A DNA stretch of 62,859 nt from a virus (Duplodnaviria > Caudoviricetes), in the IMG/VR virus record IMGVR_UViG_3300025389_001457, positions 1 through 62,859 of that record. One strand, given 5' to 3'. Shown here piece after piece: positions 28,249 through 39,071 of the stretch. Position 1 is the stretch's first letter. Every line of letters begins with the position of its first letter. The notes under the pieces are model-generated. The model made no database searches. It was not told the origin of the DNA and saw only the letters and a list, made by a program, of their open reading frames with translations. A program made the position numbers and the translations under genes.

Positions 28249-30450
28249 ATGAGTCAAGAAGTAATTAATTTGGGTGCCTTTGCCAACGATGGTTCAGGCG
28301 ATCCACTAAGAACAGCTTTACAGAAAACAAATAATAATTTTGGTCAATTGTTCACTACAATTGGTACTAGTAGTTTATATCTTAGTGGAAACTCAATTGT
28401 CACTGCTACTATTGGTGATAATATTAATCTTGCTCCAACTAGCAATGTAACAGCAATTGGTAGTGTCGTAGTTGCGCCCCAAAATCAATTTGTAGCAAAC
28501 AATGCTGTATTTAATGGCACAGTGACAGTTAGTTCTGCTTATAGTTTCATTGGTAATTTGACTGGTGTGGCAAGTAGTGCCACTACTGCTGCTGCTGCAA
28601 CTTATGCAACAACTGCAGGCACAGCATCTATTGCAATTAATGCACAAAATTACAGTGGCACACAGTTGCCAAACGTGACTGCAATTGGTAACTTAAACTA
28701 TATCAACGTTGGTATTATGAACGTTGCTACAATTAATACAAATGCTAACATCTATGCAACAGGTAACTTAAGCACAAGCGGATTCGTAACAGGAAATGGA
28801 TACTATCTAAGTGGGCTAAGTGTAGGACCATCAAGCTATGGTAATACAAATGTTGCTGCTTATTTGACATCTTATAATGGAAATATAGGCAATGTAAGTC
28901 AAATTAGCAATATCTATGCTAAAAACATTGTTTCCAATACACTTACAACACTTAGTGGCAGCGGTGCTAACCTAACAATTGATCCAGACGGAATTGCCGA
29001 TCTTGTAGTTAGTAGTGCAACAGAAATGTACTTGCTCAGCACAGTAGCAAGTAACAGTTATACAAATGGTGCATTGGTTACGTTAGGCGGTGTTGGTGTT
29101 ACTGGCAATGTTAATGCAAGTGGTAATATTAATGCTGCAAATTTAACTGCAAGCAGCAATATTACTGTTAGTGGTGGCAATGTTTATGCTGGCAATCTTT
29201 TGGCACAATATGATATTATCGTAGGACCGCCTGGCACTGTTCCAACTGCAAATCTAACAGCGCAGTTTGTTGATAGCTCTAACTATTATACACAAATCAA
29301 TATTCAAAATATTGGAAGTGGCAGTTCTACAAGTTCTGACGTAGTTGCAACAGCTAATGATGGTAGCGATAGCGCAAACTATATTGATATGGGTATTAAT
29401 AGCAGTACATACACTGACCCAAGCTTTACCATTGGCACGGCACATGATGGTTATCTATATGTAAATGGCGGAAACATTTCGCTTGGTACGCAGACCAGTG
29501 GCAAAGCAATTGTATTCCATACTGATGGCACATTAGCTGCCAACGAAGCAGGTCGCATCACCAGCAGCCGTTGGGTGATTGGTGGCAGCGATGATGCTAC
29601 AAACAAACTACAAGTTACTGGCACCGCTAAGTTCAACAGTAATGTTACTGTTGCTAATATTACCAGTACTGGTAATGTCACCGCAACCTATCATTATGGC
29701 AATGGCAGCACACTTAGCGGCATGTACGGCAATACACAAGCAAGTGCTTATCTTGGAACTTATCTTCCTACAAATACAGCAAATGTCAGTGCAGGTAATC
29801 TTGTAGCAACTGGTAATGTTGGCGGTACATACTTTATTGGTAATGGTAGCTTGCTTACAGGTATGTATAGCAATATTCAGGCAGCAGCATACTTGCCAAC
29901 TTATAGTGGAAACCTAAATGTTGGTAATGTTAATACTACAAGCAATGTATATGCAACATATTTTATTGGCAGTTCGCAATACTTAACTGGACTATATAGC
30001 AATGCTAGTGTAGCTTCATATCTACCAACCTATTATCAAAATGCAAATCTTACTGCAAATGGCGTTGGAAGCACAAGCTATATTCTAGGATATGTAACTA
30101 TTAATGGTTATATATACGCAAATCTAGCAAACTCGCTTAGCAATTCAGTCACTTTAAGTGGAAATACCTCAACACTGATTCTTGATTATACTCTTGGACA
30201 AACTGTTCCTGTAGCAAATGTGTATTTGCCTGCAAATTCAGTTGTTGGTGATGGTACAAAAATTACTATTACTAGCAATATCAATGTTACTAGCCTTCGA
30301 ATTATTGCAAATGACAGCAGTGTAAGTGGAAATGTCACATCAATAAGTCCAAGTACGCCTTATAGTTGGCACTATGTAAAGTATGCGCCATACAACGGTA
30401 ATCCAGTTCCTGGTCAATTGCCAGGTGGGCCACGTTGGGTACGTGTTTAA
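28249..30450 (+). CDS. virion structural protein (baseplate/tail-fibre-like)
   Basis: INLG..ANDG.GDPLR.A..K.N.NF N-terminus; repeated YGN.NV.AYLPTY.GN; rich in G, N, S and T. Confidence 0.8.
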   Translation: MSQEVINLGAFANDGSGDPLRTALQKTNNNFGQLFTTIGTSSLYLSGNSIVTATIGDNINLAPTSNVTAIGSVVVAPQNQFVANNAVFNGTVTVSSAYSFIGNLTGVASSATTAAAATYATTAGTASIAINAQNYSGTQLPNVTAIGNLNYINVGIMNVATINTNANIYATGNLSTSGFVTGNGYYLSGLSVGPSSYGNTNVAAYLTSYNGNIGNVSQISNIYAKNIVSNTLTTLSGSGANLTIDPDGIADLVVSSATEMYLLSTVASNSYTNGALVTLGGVGVTGNVNASGNINAANLTASSNITVSGGNVYAGNLLAQYDIIVGPPGTVPTANLTAQFVDSSNYYTQINIQNIGSGSSTSSDVVATANDGSDSANYIDMGINSSTYTDPSFTIGTAHDGYLYVNGGNISLGTQTSGKAIVFHTDGTLAANEAGRITSSRWVIGGSDDATNKLQVTGTAKFNSNVTVANITSTGNVTATYHYGNGSTLSGMYGNTQASAYLGTYLPTNTANVSAGNLVATGNVGGTYFIGNGSLLTGMYSNIQAAAYLPTYSGNLNVGNVNTTSNVYATYFIGSSQYLTGLYSNASVASYLPTYYQNANLTANGVGSTSYILGYVTINGYIYANLANSLSNSVTLSGNTSTLILDYTLGQTVPVANVYLPANSVVGDGTKITITSNINVTSLRIIANDSSVSGNVTSISPSTPYSWHYVKYAPYNGNPVPGQLPGGPRWVRV

Positions 30451-30453
30451 TAA

Positions 30454-30474
30454 TCCACTAAATATTATAGTGGA
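30454..30474 (+). promoter_or_regulatory. hairpin overlapping late promoter TAAATA and the SD of the next gene
   Basis: TCCACTA-aatatta-TAGTGGA(G). Confidence 0.65.
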
Positions 30475-30480
30475 GCACAC

Positions 30481-33400
30481 ATGACAGCATCATACAGTGG
30501 CATTGCTATTAACAAAGATTTAGGTCGTTTAATTAATGTTAGCAGCAATTGGACGATAGTTCCTAATGTTTTTATAAATGGTTCATATCAAACAACCATA
30601 AATCTTACATCTGTTGGTTTGCCATATCATGGATATGGTAATATAACACAAGTAAATGTTCCGCTTGCACAATACTATAATCGCAGTTGGGTATATCGTG
30701 GTGGGTTAGATGCTAGTGCTGCATCACCAAATACTACAACACCTAATACTGTTATTGGATTTTGGTTAAACGGCGTAGCAATTTTTAACCCAAGTGCTGG
30801 CGATGCTGCTCCTTTAGGATATTCAAAACCAACCAATTATCATTTTAATTCAAGCTATGCTGAAGAAAATACTCTTGGTTATACATTTCATGAAGATTTA
30901 GCAGGCGGCGTTGCAGATACAACTGGCAAATATCATTATAACAGTTATAGCTTTGTTAATGCTTGGAACACAGGGCTAGGCGGAACGCCTTATAGTAGCA
31001 CAGTCCATGGGCTACCAGAAATCGATGTTATTCCATATTTAAGTGGTGGTTTAACGCATCCTGATGGTCATAGTAAAATCGTAGGTTTTGCGCTTGACGG
31101 ATATCCTATCTATGGTCCCTATGGTTATGCTACAGCAACAAACAACTCAAGCGGAGTAAAATCACTTACAAGTGGTTATACTCTTAAAAATTCTAGTTAT
31201 AGACACAGCACTGCTGCTGAAAATACAGCAATTTATCCTATGGGAATTTTCGTAGAGGATTATGAATACACTGGCGTTGGTGATTTAGATACACATAATG
31301 GTAGATATTGTGTAACTCCTGATTTTCCACTAGGAACCTATGCTTATTTTTGTACGCTTGGCGTTGATAATAATCCATGCTATCCTTATGTAATTGGCAA
31401 TACTTATTTTGGTGATGTTGATATTTTAACTCTTGAACAATCAGTTGGAGTAGCTTCTGGCTACCCTGAGTGGGTTACGCCAAGCGGAAATTTAGGTAAA
31501 ATACAAGCTTTACAATTTTTTGAATTAGGCTTACAAGCAGTTGATCCAACTGGTAATCCTGATGGCAGCGATGTTAATTATAAATTAGTAGCTGGTAGAT
31601 TGCCTGCTGGTATGCAAATAGATAATAGCGGCAAAGTTACTGGCAATCCTAAAGACACATATAGTATTGATGGTGTGCCTGAAGCAGTTACACAAGATCG
31701 TACAAGTAATTTTACAATTCGTGCAATCAGCAGCAGTGGTAAAATTACAGATCGTTCATTTACAATTACAGTTACTGGAAATTATCCACCACAATTGCTA
31801 ACCAGTAATTATCTGCCACTTGGTGAATTTCTAGATGGCACACAAATATCCTACCAATTAAGCGCCGTAGATTTAAATGCCGATTCTTTAACTTACAGTT
31901 TGATAGCTGGTGAATTGCCGCCAGGCGTTACTTTATCATCTAGCGGTTTGATAAGCGGTATCATTATACCACAAAATAAAACTACGCCAACAGCAAGTTA
32001 TAATTTTACAGTTAGTTTGACTGACGGTAAAAGTTTTGATATTAAACAATATAGTATTCTTGTACATAATCATAGCGATATTCGTGCAGATAACACAACC
32101 GTAACTGATGATAGTTCAATTATTACAGCAGATACAACAAATGTAAGAACGCCAATATTATTAACTACATCATTGGGAGATTATTCAACAGTCGTAAGTG
32201 GTAATTATTTTGCTTTTAAATTTGATGGTATAGATTACGATGGTATTCCTGTAAATTATAGTTTATCGGCAACAAGTGGCACTGGATGGGATAGTGATAC
32301 AGTTTTTTGGGATAATTCGCCGTGGGATCAAAGCGATCTTGCACTTCCACCTGGTTTAACTCTAGATAGTATTACAGGTTGGATGACTGGATTTATACCA
32401 GCACAAAGTTTAGTCACACATCCTTATTCATTTGGTGTGCAAGTCTATAATAGTTTAGATTCAAGCGTAACAAGCCCACTTAAAATTTTTACAATTACAA
32501 TATTAGGTTCATTAAACCTTAATGTAACATTTACTACGCCAAGTGATCTTGGATATATTGATGCAGGTTCAGTAAGCACACTATCAATAAATGCAGTTGC
32601 TGCAAGTGGCAGACAACTTTACTATAGTTTAGCAGAGGGCAGCAGATTACCGCAAGGTCTAAAACTGTTAAATGATGGCAGTTTAAGTGGCAGAACAAGT
32701 TTTCAGGCATTTAGTTTAGATAAAGGATTAACCACATTTGATGTGAAGAATGTAGGATTGGGAATATATACTCTACCAACAACCATCGACAAAACTTACA
32801 CATTCACTGTACTTGCACAAGATTATAGTACAAATGTAAGTGGTAGTAAAACTTTTAAATTACAAATTAATACTGTAACATATGGTCCTTATGATAATCT
32901 ATATATTGCTTGTCGCCCAAATGCAAATAAACGTGAATTGCTAAACACAATATTGGGCAATACTGATTACTTTGCATTAGATGATATTTACAGACCTAAT
33001 GATCCATGGTGGGGCATACAAAAAGATATCAAAATTCTTGTTGGATATGGTTTAACTCCAAGCCAAAGCAGTTCATATATCGCAGCAATGAAAAAACGTC
33101 ACTATAACAAAAAGTTTTATTTTGGTGATTATCATTATGCAAGTGCAAAAGATAAAGATGGAAATGCGCTGTATGATGTCATTTATGTTGATTTATTAGA
33201 AGATACAAAAACATATACTACTCAAAATGGTGTAACAACAAAAAACATTCCTACCACTGATTTTGTAACATTTTTTAATGGCAACTATAAACTTGATACA
33301 GTTATAGATTTGCAAACAACTTTCTTCGATAATCGATATACAATATTTGAAGAAAATCTTGATCATATTACATTATATCCAAATGATTTAGATTTAATGA

Positions 33401-34293
33401 TTAATGATATTATTGTTGCAGTTGGCGAAGCAAATTCTAATACACTTCCACAGTGGCAAACAAGTATTCAAAGCAATGGAAAGATTATTGGTTTTCAAAC
33501 TGCAGCAGTTCTTGCTTATTTAAAACCTGGCACAGGCGAAAAAGTACTTTACAAACTAAAACACAGTATTCCAACTGATATTAAAACTATACCATTTATT
33601 TCAGACAGATATATTTTAGATAATAATTTAGACAAAAATTTTGATATTACTACACAGAAGTGGGCAGCAAAAAAATATACTACTTTTGACACAGGTTATG
33701 TTTTGACTATTACTCCAAGTGCCATTGTTGATTATGCGGTTGATATTCCATTTAATTCTATTGATGGCAATACTATATCACAAATACAAGCATTGGGCGG
33801 ATTAGATGGCAATAAGAGTGGCGATTGGAATGGCAAGCAAATAATTTTTAGTACGCAAGAACTTTATGATCCTACTTTATTTCCATCATTAACCAACAAT
33901 GGTTGGATACAAAACAATACAGCAATACCTGGCTATGCAGAAGTTCAGCAAGGAACTGCTAGTGTTAATAAAAGAGGCGGTGTATGGTCAATTTCTATAG
34001 CTAATAACTTAGTAACACTTACTTTTGTAAAACAAATACTAGTTAATCAAGTAGTATCAGTGCGTTTTGGTGCTAAATCTAGTAAAACTCTAGACTACAG
34101 TGCTGCAACGGTTGGTGTTGCAGGTCAAACAGTTCCAAAATATGTTTCAGTTAATGTTAATACTATTCAACTTAAATCACCAACAACATTCGATAAAAAG
34201 GCAACTGTATTCATTAACAATGAAGATCAATATTCTGTACCATTTACAAATGATAGTTATTTGAAATTTCCTCGTGAAAATATATTAGAATAA
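30481..34293 (+). CDS. large virion protein: YHYH domain, Ig-like repeats and a baseplate-like C-terminus
   Basis: YHY, HS.I.G.ALDGYPIYGPYG, LD.HNGR; repeated G.LP.G..L...G..SG. Confidence 0.75.
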   Translation: MTASYSGIAINKDLGRLINVSSNWTIVPNVFINGSYQTTINLTSVGLPYHGYGNITQVNVPLAQYYNRSWVYRGGLDASAASPNTTTPNTVIGFWLNGVAIFNPSAGDAAPLGYSKPTNYHFNSSYAEENTLGYTFHEDLAGGVADTTGKYHYNSYSFVNAWNTGLGGTPYSSTVHGLPEIDVIPYLSGGLTHPDGHSKIVGFALDGYPIYGPYGYATATNNSSGVKSLTSGYTLKNSSYRHSTAAENTAIYPMGIFVEDYEYTGVGDLDTHNGRYCVTPDFPLGTYAYFCTLGVDNNPCYPYVIGNTYFGDVDILTLEQSVGVASGYPEWVTPSGNLGKIQALQFFELGLQAVDPTGNPDGSDVNYKLVAGRLPAGMQIDNSGKVTGNPKDTYSIDGVPEAVTQDRTSNFTIRAISSSGKITDRSFTITVTGNYPPQLLTSNYLPLGEFLDGTQISYQLSAVDLNADSLTYSLIAGELPPGVTLSSSGLISGIIIPQNKTTPTASYNFTVSLTDGKSFDIKQYSILVHNHSDIRADNTTVTDDSSIITADTTNVRTPILLTTSLGDYSTVVSGNYFAFKFDGIDYDGIPVNYSLSATSGTGWDSDTVFWDNSPWDQSDLALPPGLTLDSITGWMTGFIPAQSLVTHPYSFGVQVYNSLDSSVTSPLKIFTITILGSLNLNVTFTTPSDLGYIDAGSVSTLSINAVAASGRQLYYSLAEGSRLPQGLKLLNDGSLSGRTSFQAFSLDKGLTTFDVKNVGLGIYTLPTTIDKTYTFTVLAQDYSTNVSGSKTFKLQINTVTYGPYDNLYIACRPNANKRELLNTILGNTDYFALDDIYRPNDPWWGIQKDIKILVGYGLTPSQSSSYIAAMKKRHYNKKFYFGDYHYASAKDKDGNALYDVIYVDLLEDTKTYTTQNGVTTKNIPTTDFVTFFNGNYKLDTVIDLQTTFFDNRYTIFEENLDHITLYPNDLDLMINDIIVAVGEANSNTLPQWQTSIQSNGKIIGFQTAAVLAYLKPGTGEKVLYKLKHSIPTDIKTIPFISDRYILDNNLDKNFDITTQKWAAKKYTTFDTGYVLTITPSAIVDYAVDIPFNSIDGNTISQIQALGGLDGNKSGDWNGKQIIFSTQELYDPTLFPSLTNNGWIQNNTAIPGYAEVQQGTASVNKRGGVWSISIANNLVTLTFVKQILVNQVVSVRFGAKSSKTLDYSAATVGVAGQTVPKYVSVNVNTIQLKSPTTFDKKATVFINNEDQYSVPFTNDSYLKFPRENILE

Positions 34294-34303
34294 GTATTTT
34301 TTG

Positions 34304-35401
34304 ATGGCAATAATTTTTAGTGACGATAATGCAATTGATTATCACTATATAAAAAATTTTAAATTAAACAAAGAATTTATTGTAACTCATGATCTAAATG
34401 AGTTCGAAAATTCTTCAGAAAGTATAAAAATTTCTATTACACGAGGCAGAACTTTTGGCGCAATTGTAAATTTTTCTGTAAATCAAGAAGATATCTTTAT
34501 TGATTATATTAATAAGTTAAGCAATCTTAGTACAATAGTTTTTACATTTGACGGTGAATTGCATGAATTTCATTGGGATATATGGAACCAATGTCATCAC
34601 GATAATGTATATTGGGTTATAAGTGGGATGGTCAATGATGATCCTATACAATCAAATATTATAACATGGCCTTATTTCTTTCAAAGTTTAATGTTTTTAT
34701 ATAATAATAACTTAAATGTTAAATTAGCAGAATTAACCTATACAATTAAACCTAAAATGTTTGATGCTTTATTAGGCAGACCGCGAAAGCATAGAACATT
34801 CATATATAATGCAATAAAAGAAAACCAATTAGATGATAAATTTATTTTATCTTATCAACTAAGCGATGCAGGTAACGATTTTAAAAAATATTGGGATGAT
34901 TTTATTTGGGAAGAAGGTTTTTCAAATATTGAAGAAGAAAAAATTCAAGGCACACACCATTATCTAAAATACAACAATGTTAATGCAGCAATTAGTCATA
35001 TTATTCCAATACAAATTTATAATGAAAGCGCGTACAGTATAGTGGCAGAAACTGGTTATAAAAATTCTTATACTTTTTTTACAGAAAAGACCGCAAAACC
35101 ACTTATTGCAAAACGATTATTTGTTATGTTTAGTGGTTATAAATTTTTAGAAAATCTAAGAAGTTTAGGATTTCAAACTTTTTCAGATGTAATTGATGAA
35201 AGTTATGATACTATTGAGGATGATGAGAGCAGATGGTCTGCAGCGTTTGAACAAGTTAAGTTTTTGTGCGGCGCAGATCAGCAAACAATTTACAATAAAA
35301 TATCACATATTTTAGAACATAATCATAATCATATTTTAAAAACCAATTGGCATGATTATGCTTGCAACAAAATACAAAACAAAATAAATTTGTTAAAATA
35401 A
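34304..35401 (+). CDS. 'E...TEK' family putative glycosyltransferase-like protein
   Basis: R.HR, YSIVAET, FFTEKTAKP....R.F, L.SLGF.TF...IDESYD. Confidence 0.55.
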   Translation: MAIIFSDDNAIDYHYIKNFKLNKEFIVTHDLNEFENSSESIKISITRGRTFGAIVNFSVNQEDIFIDYINKLSNLSTIVFTFDGELHEFHWDIWNQCHHDNVYWVISGMVNDDPIQSNIITWPYFFQSLMFLYNNNLNVKLAELTYTIKPKMFDALLGRPRKHRTFIYNAIKENQLDDKFILSYQLSDAGNDFKKYWDDFIWEEGFSNIEEEKIQGTHHYLKYNNVNAAISHIIPIQIYNESAYSIVAETGYKNSYTFFTEKTAKPLIAKRLFVMFSGYKFLENLRSLGFQTFSDVIDESYDTIEDDESRWSAAFEQVKFLCGADQQTIYNKISHILEHNHNHILKTNWHDYACNKIQNKINLLK

Positions 35402-35442
35402 ATAATTGAAATGGCTAAATACCACAGATATGGAAACAGAAA

Positions 35443-36348
35443 ATGAGCAATATTAATCCTAACAATATCAATGGTGCATATCCTGTAGCAGGCGTTGACA
35501 ATGACAGCCAAGGATTCCGTGATAATTTTACGAATATCCTTAATAACTTTGCATATGCTGCAAGTGAAATCACTGATTTACAGAATAAAGTTATTGTTAA
35601 AAGTGCGCTAACTGGTACTACGCTAAACAATAACATGGCTGGCACCTTATTAAGTAGTGCGCAGATTCAAGATTTCCGTGAAACTGAATATGATAATGGT
35701 ATTGTTAGTACCAATGTCACGCTTGATCACACTCGCGGACACTATCAAAAAGTTCAAACTAATGGCACAATTACTCTTTCATTTGCTAACTTTCCAGCTG
35801 CAGGCACAGTTGGTCGTATTCGTTTAAAACTAACTGTGACAAGCACAAGTCATCGCATGATTCTCCCAAGCAGTGTAAGCATTGGCACACAATATTTGCA
35901 AGATTACAACGCTAATAATAACAGTGTTGGTTATACTCAGAGTGGAACTGGAACTTATTGGTATGAGTTTGTAAGTGATGATGCTGGTGCTACGGTCACT
36001 GTATTCCCACTATCACGTGCGCGTAACAATACAGATTATACCTATGCAAATATTTCAAATGGTACAGTTGCAAGCCCAACTGCTACCACTATGGTCACTA
36101 AACTTATTCTTGATAGCACTAATGGTCTGCCATTAGCAAACGTGAGTGTTACTTTGCCAACTTATCCAGTAGATGGTCAAGTAGTTCAACTTTCAGCTAA
36201 TGTTAATGTAAGCAACTTATTCTTGCTGCATGCCAACACAATTAATGGTAACACCACTACAATAACAAGTGGTACCCATCTTGGTTTTACATATGTTGGT
36301 GCGCCGCGTAATCCTACCATTAATAAGTGGTTCCGCACACAGATTTAA
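35443..36348 (+). CDS. virion structural protein
   Basis: YPVAG.DNDSQGFRDNF..I...F..A..EI.DLQ; upstream TAAATA; C-terminus similar to that of 28249. Confidence 0.75.
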   Translation: MSNINPNNINGAYPVAGVDNDSQGFRDNFTNILNNFAYAASEITDLQNKVIVKSALTGTTLNNNMAGTLLSSAQIQDFRETEYDNGIVSTNVTLDHTRGHYQKVQTNGTITLSFANFPAAGTVGRIRLKLTVTSTSHRMILPSSVSIGTQYLQDYNANNNSVGYTQSGTGTYWYEFVSDDAGATVTVFPLSRARNNTDYTYANISNGTVASPTATTMVTKLILDSTNGLPLANVSVTLPTYPVDGQVVQLSANVNVSNLFLLHANTINGNTTTITSGTHLGFTYVGAPRNPTINKWFRTQI

Positions 36349-36395
36349 TATTGACTAATTCCGCATCTAACGTTATATTAGAGTAGGAGTAAATC

Positions 36396-36812
36396 ATGAA
36401 AGACCTTAACCTGTATCAAAATTTTGTACTAGAAGTTACTAGTGCTGAAAGCAAATATGAGTATGCTTTTGAAAAACGTTTCCAAGAATTGTGCGAGTAC
36501 CAACCAGACCGCACAAATATTCGACCTGCTTTGCTGCTAACGGCTGGCATGGGGTTAAGCGCAGAAAGCGGTGAATTTAACGAAATCATTAAGAAAATGT
36601 TCTTTCAGGGCAAGCCGCTCAACGAGGAAAATGTTTTCCATATGAAACGTGAGTTAGGTGACATTATGTGGTATTGGATGAACGCTTGCACTGCACTTGG
36701 ACTTGATCCAAATGATGTCATAGATGAAAATGTAAAGAAGTTAGAATCACGTTACCCAGGCGGTTCTTTTGATGCTTGGCACAGCGAAAACCGCAAAAAA
36801 GGTGATCTGTAA
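36396..36812 (+). CDS. mazG: MazG-like NTP pyrophosphohydrolase
   Basis: GL.AE.GE..E..KK, ELGD..WY, N..KL..RY. Confidence 0.9.
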   Translation: MKDLNLYQNFVLEVTSAESKYEYAFEKRFQELCEYQPDRTNIRPALLLTAGMGLSAESGEFNEIIKKMFFQGKPLNEENVFHMKRELGDIMWYWMNACTALGLDPNDVIDENVKKLESRYPGGSFDAWHSENRKKGDL

Positions 36813-37045
36813 TGCATCCACTCATGGATGATTTAAGTAACAAAACACTTGATGAGTTGTTGCAAACTGTTAATGGGTTGCATAAAAAAATGAATTGGCT
36901 TGCTCGTATGGGCAACAATACAATGATTCAACAAATGCGAAATGTTGTAGATACTTACCAAGAAGAAATTAATAAACGTTATCGTGCAGAAGCAAATGCT
37001 GCAAAAGAAAATCCAATTTTTAAGGATAGTTTGGATATAGGATGA
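36812..37045 (+). CDS. hypothetical protein
   Basis: MHPL..DLS; coupled start. Confidence 0.7.
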   Translation: MHPLMDDLSNKTLDELLQTVNGLHKKMNWLARMGNNTMIQQMRNVVDTYQEEINKRYRAEANAAKENPIFKDSLDIG

Positions 37046-37695
37046 GTGATATCAGTTGGACAGCAGAATTTACTGCAATAAATTGTTACAAAGATTTACT
37101 TGAACCATGCACATATACTATTAGTATAGACTTTGACGATCAATCACAAGAAGAACAAGACCCTTATACTGCTTTTGGCCGTATTCGTAGTTTAATTAAA
37201 GACTTATACCAAGACGCAATTTTTGTTTATATTGCCAATCCATTGCTGCCCACACTACATAAGAAATTTAGCTCACGTATTGTAACAATGCCTTATGCTC
37301 CTAGTAACTTTGCTATTGGGTTAGTTACTTGGTATAAAATTTTAAGTATAACACAAGGCAGAGTAGAAATTGAACATATTGGTGTAAGTTGTGATAAAAG
37401 CGATGATTTAACTCTACATATTGATGAAGAACTTGCCACAAGCGATGAAGTTATGGCCGATATGAATTATGCTAATTGGGAAAAACCAGCATGGTGGTTC
37501 AGACAAACACCTACTACTTGGGATATTCCACTTGTAAAGAAAAAAGATATACAAGTTTTATATGATGATAATGAATGGCCAGAAGTATTGCAATGGGAAC
37601 AAAAACCTGTTATAATCACAAAGAAAAAACCAAAAAACAATATTATTCCACTAAAAAAATGGAAGCCAGAGGTTATTAAAGGTGATAAGAACTGA
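37042..37695 (+). CDS. hypothetical protein
   Basis: Coupled ORF preceding the DnaE fragment. Confidence 0.7.
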   Translation: MSDISWTAEFTAINCYKDLLEPCTYTISIDFDDQSQEEQDPYTAFGRIRSLIKDLYQDAIFVYIANPLLPTLHKKFSSRIVTMPYAPSNFAIGLVTWYKILSITQGRVEIEHIGVSCDKSDDLTLHIDEELATSDEVMADMNYANWEKPAWWFRQTPTTWDIPLVKKKDIQVLYDDNEWPEVLQWEQKPVIITKKKPKNNIIPLKKWKPEVIKGDKN

Positions 37696-38197
37696 CGAAT
37701 ATGGTCGCAGTATAATTAGTGACAGCGAATTAGCAAACTTATTATATACGAATCCACAACTTGTGGTCGATGATGTTGATATTGTTGATCCAGAAAAGTA
37801 TAATTCTGCTATCAAGAGTTTATATCTTGATTATCAACCATTAAAAAAATTAGCAACATTAAACGGCACTATACATGATTATCATGCTAAAAACCAACAA
37901 GAATGGTTTATGCCCCAAGAGTATAAAGACTTAGATATTGCCAAGTGGGTGTTGGACCAGTGCAGTGATCAAAATGAACTACAACGTGCTGGTGCAGAAC
38001 TTATGGAATATGCAGATCGTGGATTATTGCCACTGCTACAATACTTAAAATATCTTGTTGACATGATGCGCAAAAATAATATAGTATGGGGTGTTGGTCG
38101 TGGTAGTAGTGTGGCAAGTTTTGTATTGTACTTAATTGGCGTCCATAGAATACACAGCTTAAGACAAAATTTAGACTTCGCAGAATTTATGCGGTAA
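37682..38197 (+). CDS. DNA polymerase III alpha (DnaE) fragment
   Basis: R...EL...LVD..R...I.WGVGRGSSVAS.V.Y.IG..RI....L.F..F. Confidence 0.8.
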   Translation: MIRTDEYGRSIISDSELANLLYTNPQLVVDDVDIVDPEKYNSAIKSLYLDYQPLKKLATLNGTIHDYHAKNQQEWFMPQEYKDLDIAKWVLDQCSDQNELQRAGAELMEYADRGLLPLLQYLKYLVDMMRKNNIVWGVGRGSSVASFVLYLIGVHRIHSLRQNLDFAEFMR

Positions 38198-38216
38198 ATA
38201 GTTAAAAGGAATTAGA

Positions 38217-38639
38217 ATGAGCGTACATAGAACAGCAGGTGGAAAGTATTTGGATATAAATGCGTTAAAAATTCAACAAGAACGCACTATTGCTGTTGGA
38301 AACAGTCGCCAAAATGCTCGTGGTGATATTATTGGACCTGGCGGAATTATTGCTAAAACAAGGGATGAGATTATGAGAGAACATTATGAAAGTCAAAAAG
38401 GCAGTGTTTTATCAGATGGTCCAGTTTATGATAACATTGAACATGCAAATCAATTGGCAGTAGCAGATGTATTGACTACAAATATCAGTGATCCTTCTGC
38501 GGATGTAATTGAAAATAAAGAAAATACAGAAGTAATTGATCCTAAAACAGGAGCACCGACTAGCGGCGGTTACGCAGATGCTCTTGCTCGTAGTCAAGAA
38601 TTAGCTAATAAATTAAGAAACCAGAGAAACAGAATATGA
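38217..38639 (+). CDS. conserved hypothetical protein
   Basis: AVGN...NARGD.IG.GG.I; TAAATA and SD upstream. Confidence 0.75.
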   Translation: MSVHRTAGGKYLDINALKIQQERTIAVGNSRQNARGDIIGPGGIIAKTRDEIMREHYESQKGSVLSDGPVYDNIEHANQLAVADVLTTNISDPSADVIENKENTEVIDPKTGAPTSGGYADALARSQELANKLRNQRNRI

Positions 38640-39031
38640 ATACTGATAAAATCGGACCACGTAGCAGTACGCTACATTACAATCAAGATTATCGCAAAAT
38701 TACCCCAACAAAGAATAATGTGTTAGTCAAAGATATGGAATTTGGCGAACGTATGACAGTAGGCGGTATTATCATTCTCGATGATGACAAGAAAGGTCAA
38801 GGTATTCGCCCACGTTGGGCAGAAGTAGTAGCTGTTGGACGCCTACAAGAAGATGTAAAACCAGGTGAATATATTCTTGTTGCTCATGGTCGTTGGACAC
38901 GTGGTCTTGATATGACAGACGAAGATGGCGTAACAACTACTGTTCGTCTTGTTGATCCAAAGGACATTCTTATGAGCAGTGATGAACCGCCAAAGGAAGA
39001 TTTGACCTTTGGTATTAATCCAACTTACTAA
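38636..39031 (+). CDS. groES: co-chaperonin GroES-like
   Basis: T.GGII, VVAVG, VK.G..ILV. Confidence 0.8.
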   Translation: MNTDKIGPRSSTLHYNQDYRKITPTKNNVLVKDMEFGERMTVGGIIILDDDKKGQGIRPRWAEVVAVGRLQEDVKPGEYILVAHGRWTRGLDMTDEDGVTTTVRLVDPKDILMSSDEPPKEDLTFGINPTY

Positions 39032-39071
39032 AACAATTGACATTCCTCTAACACAGTGTTAGTATAATCAT

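Noticed and set aside
28850-30050. Nucleotide-level repeat or diversity-generating retroelement in the fibre gene
   Set aside because: The repeats are degenerate protein-level motifs; no reverse transcriptase or adenine-specific TR/VR pair was seen.
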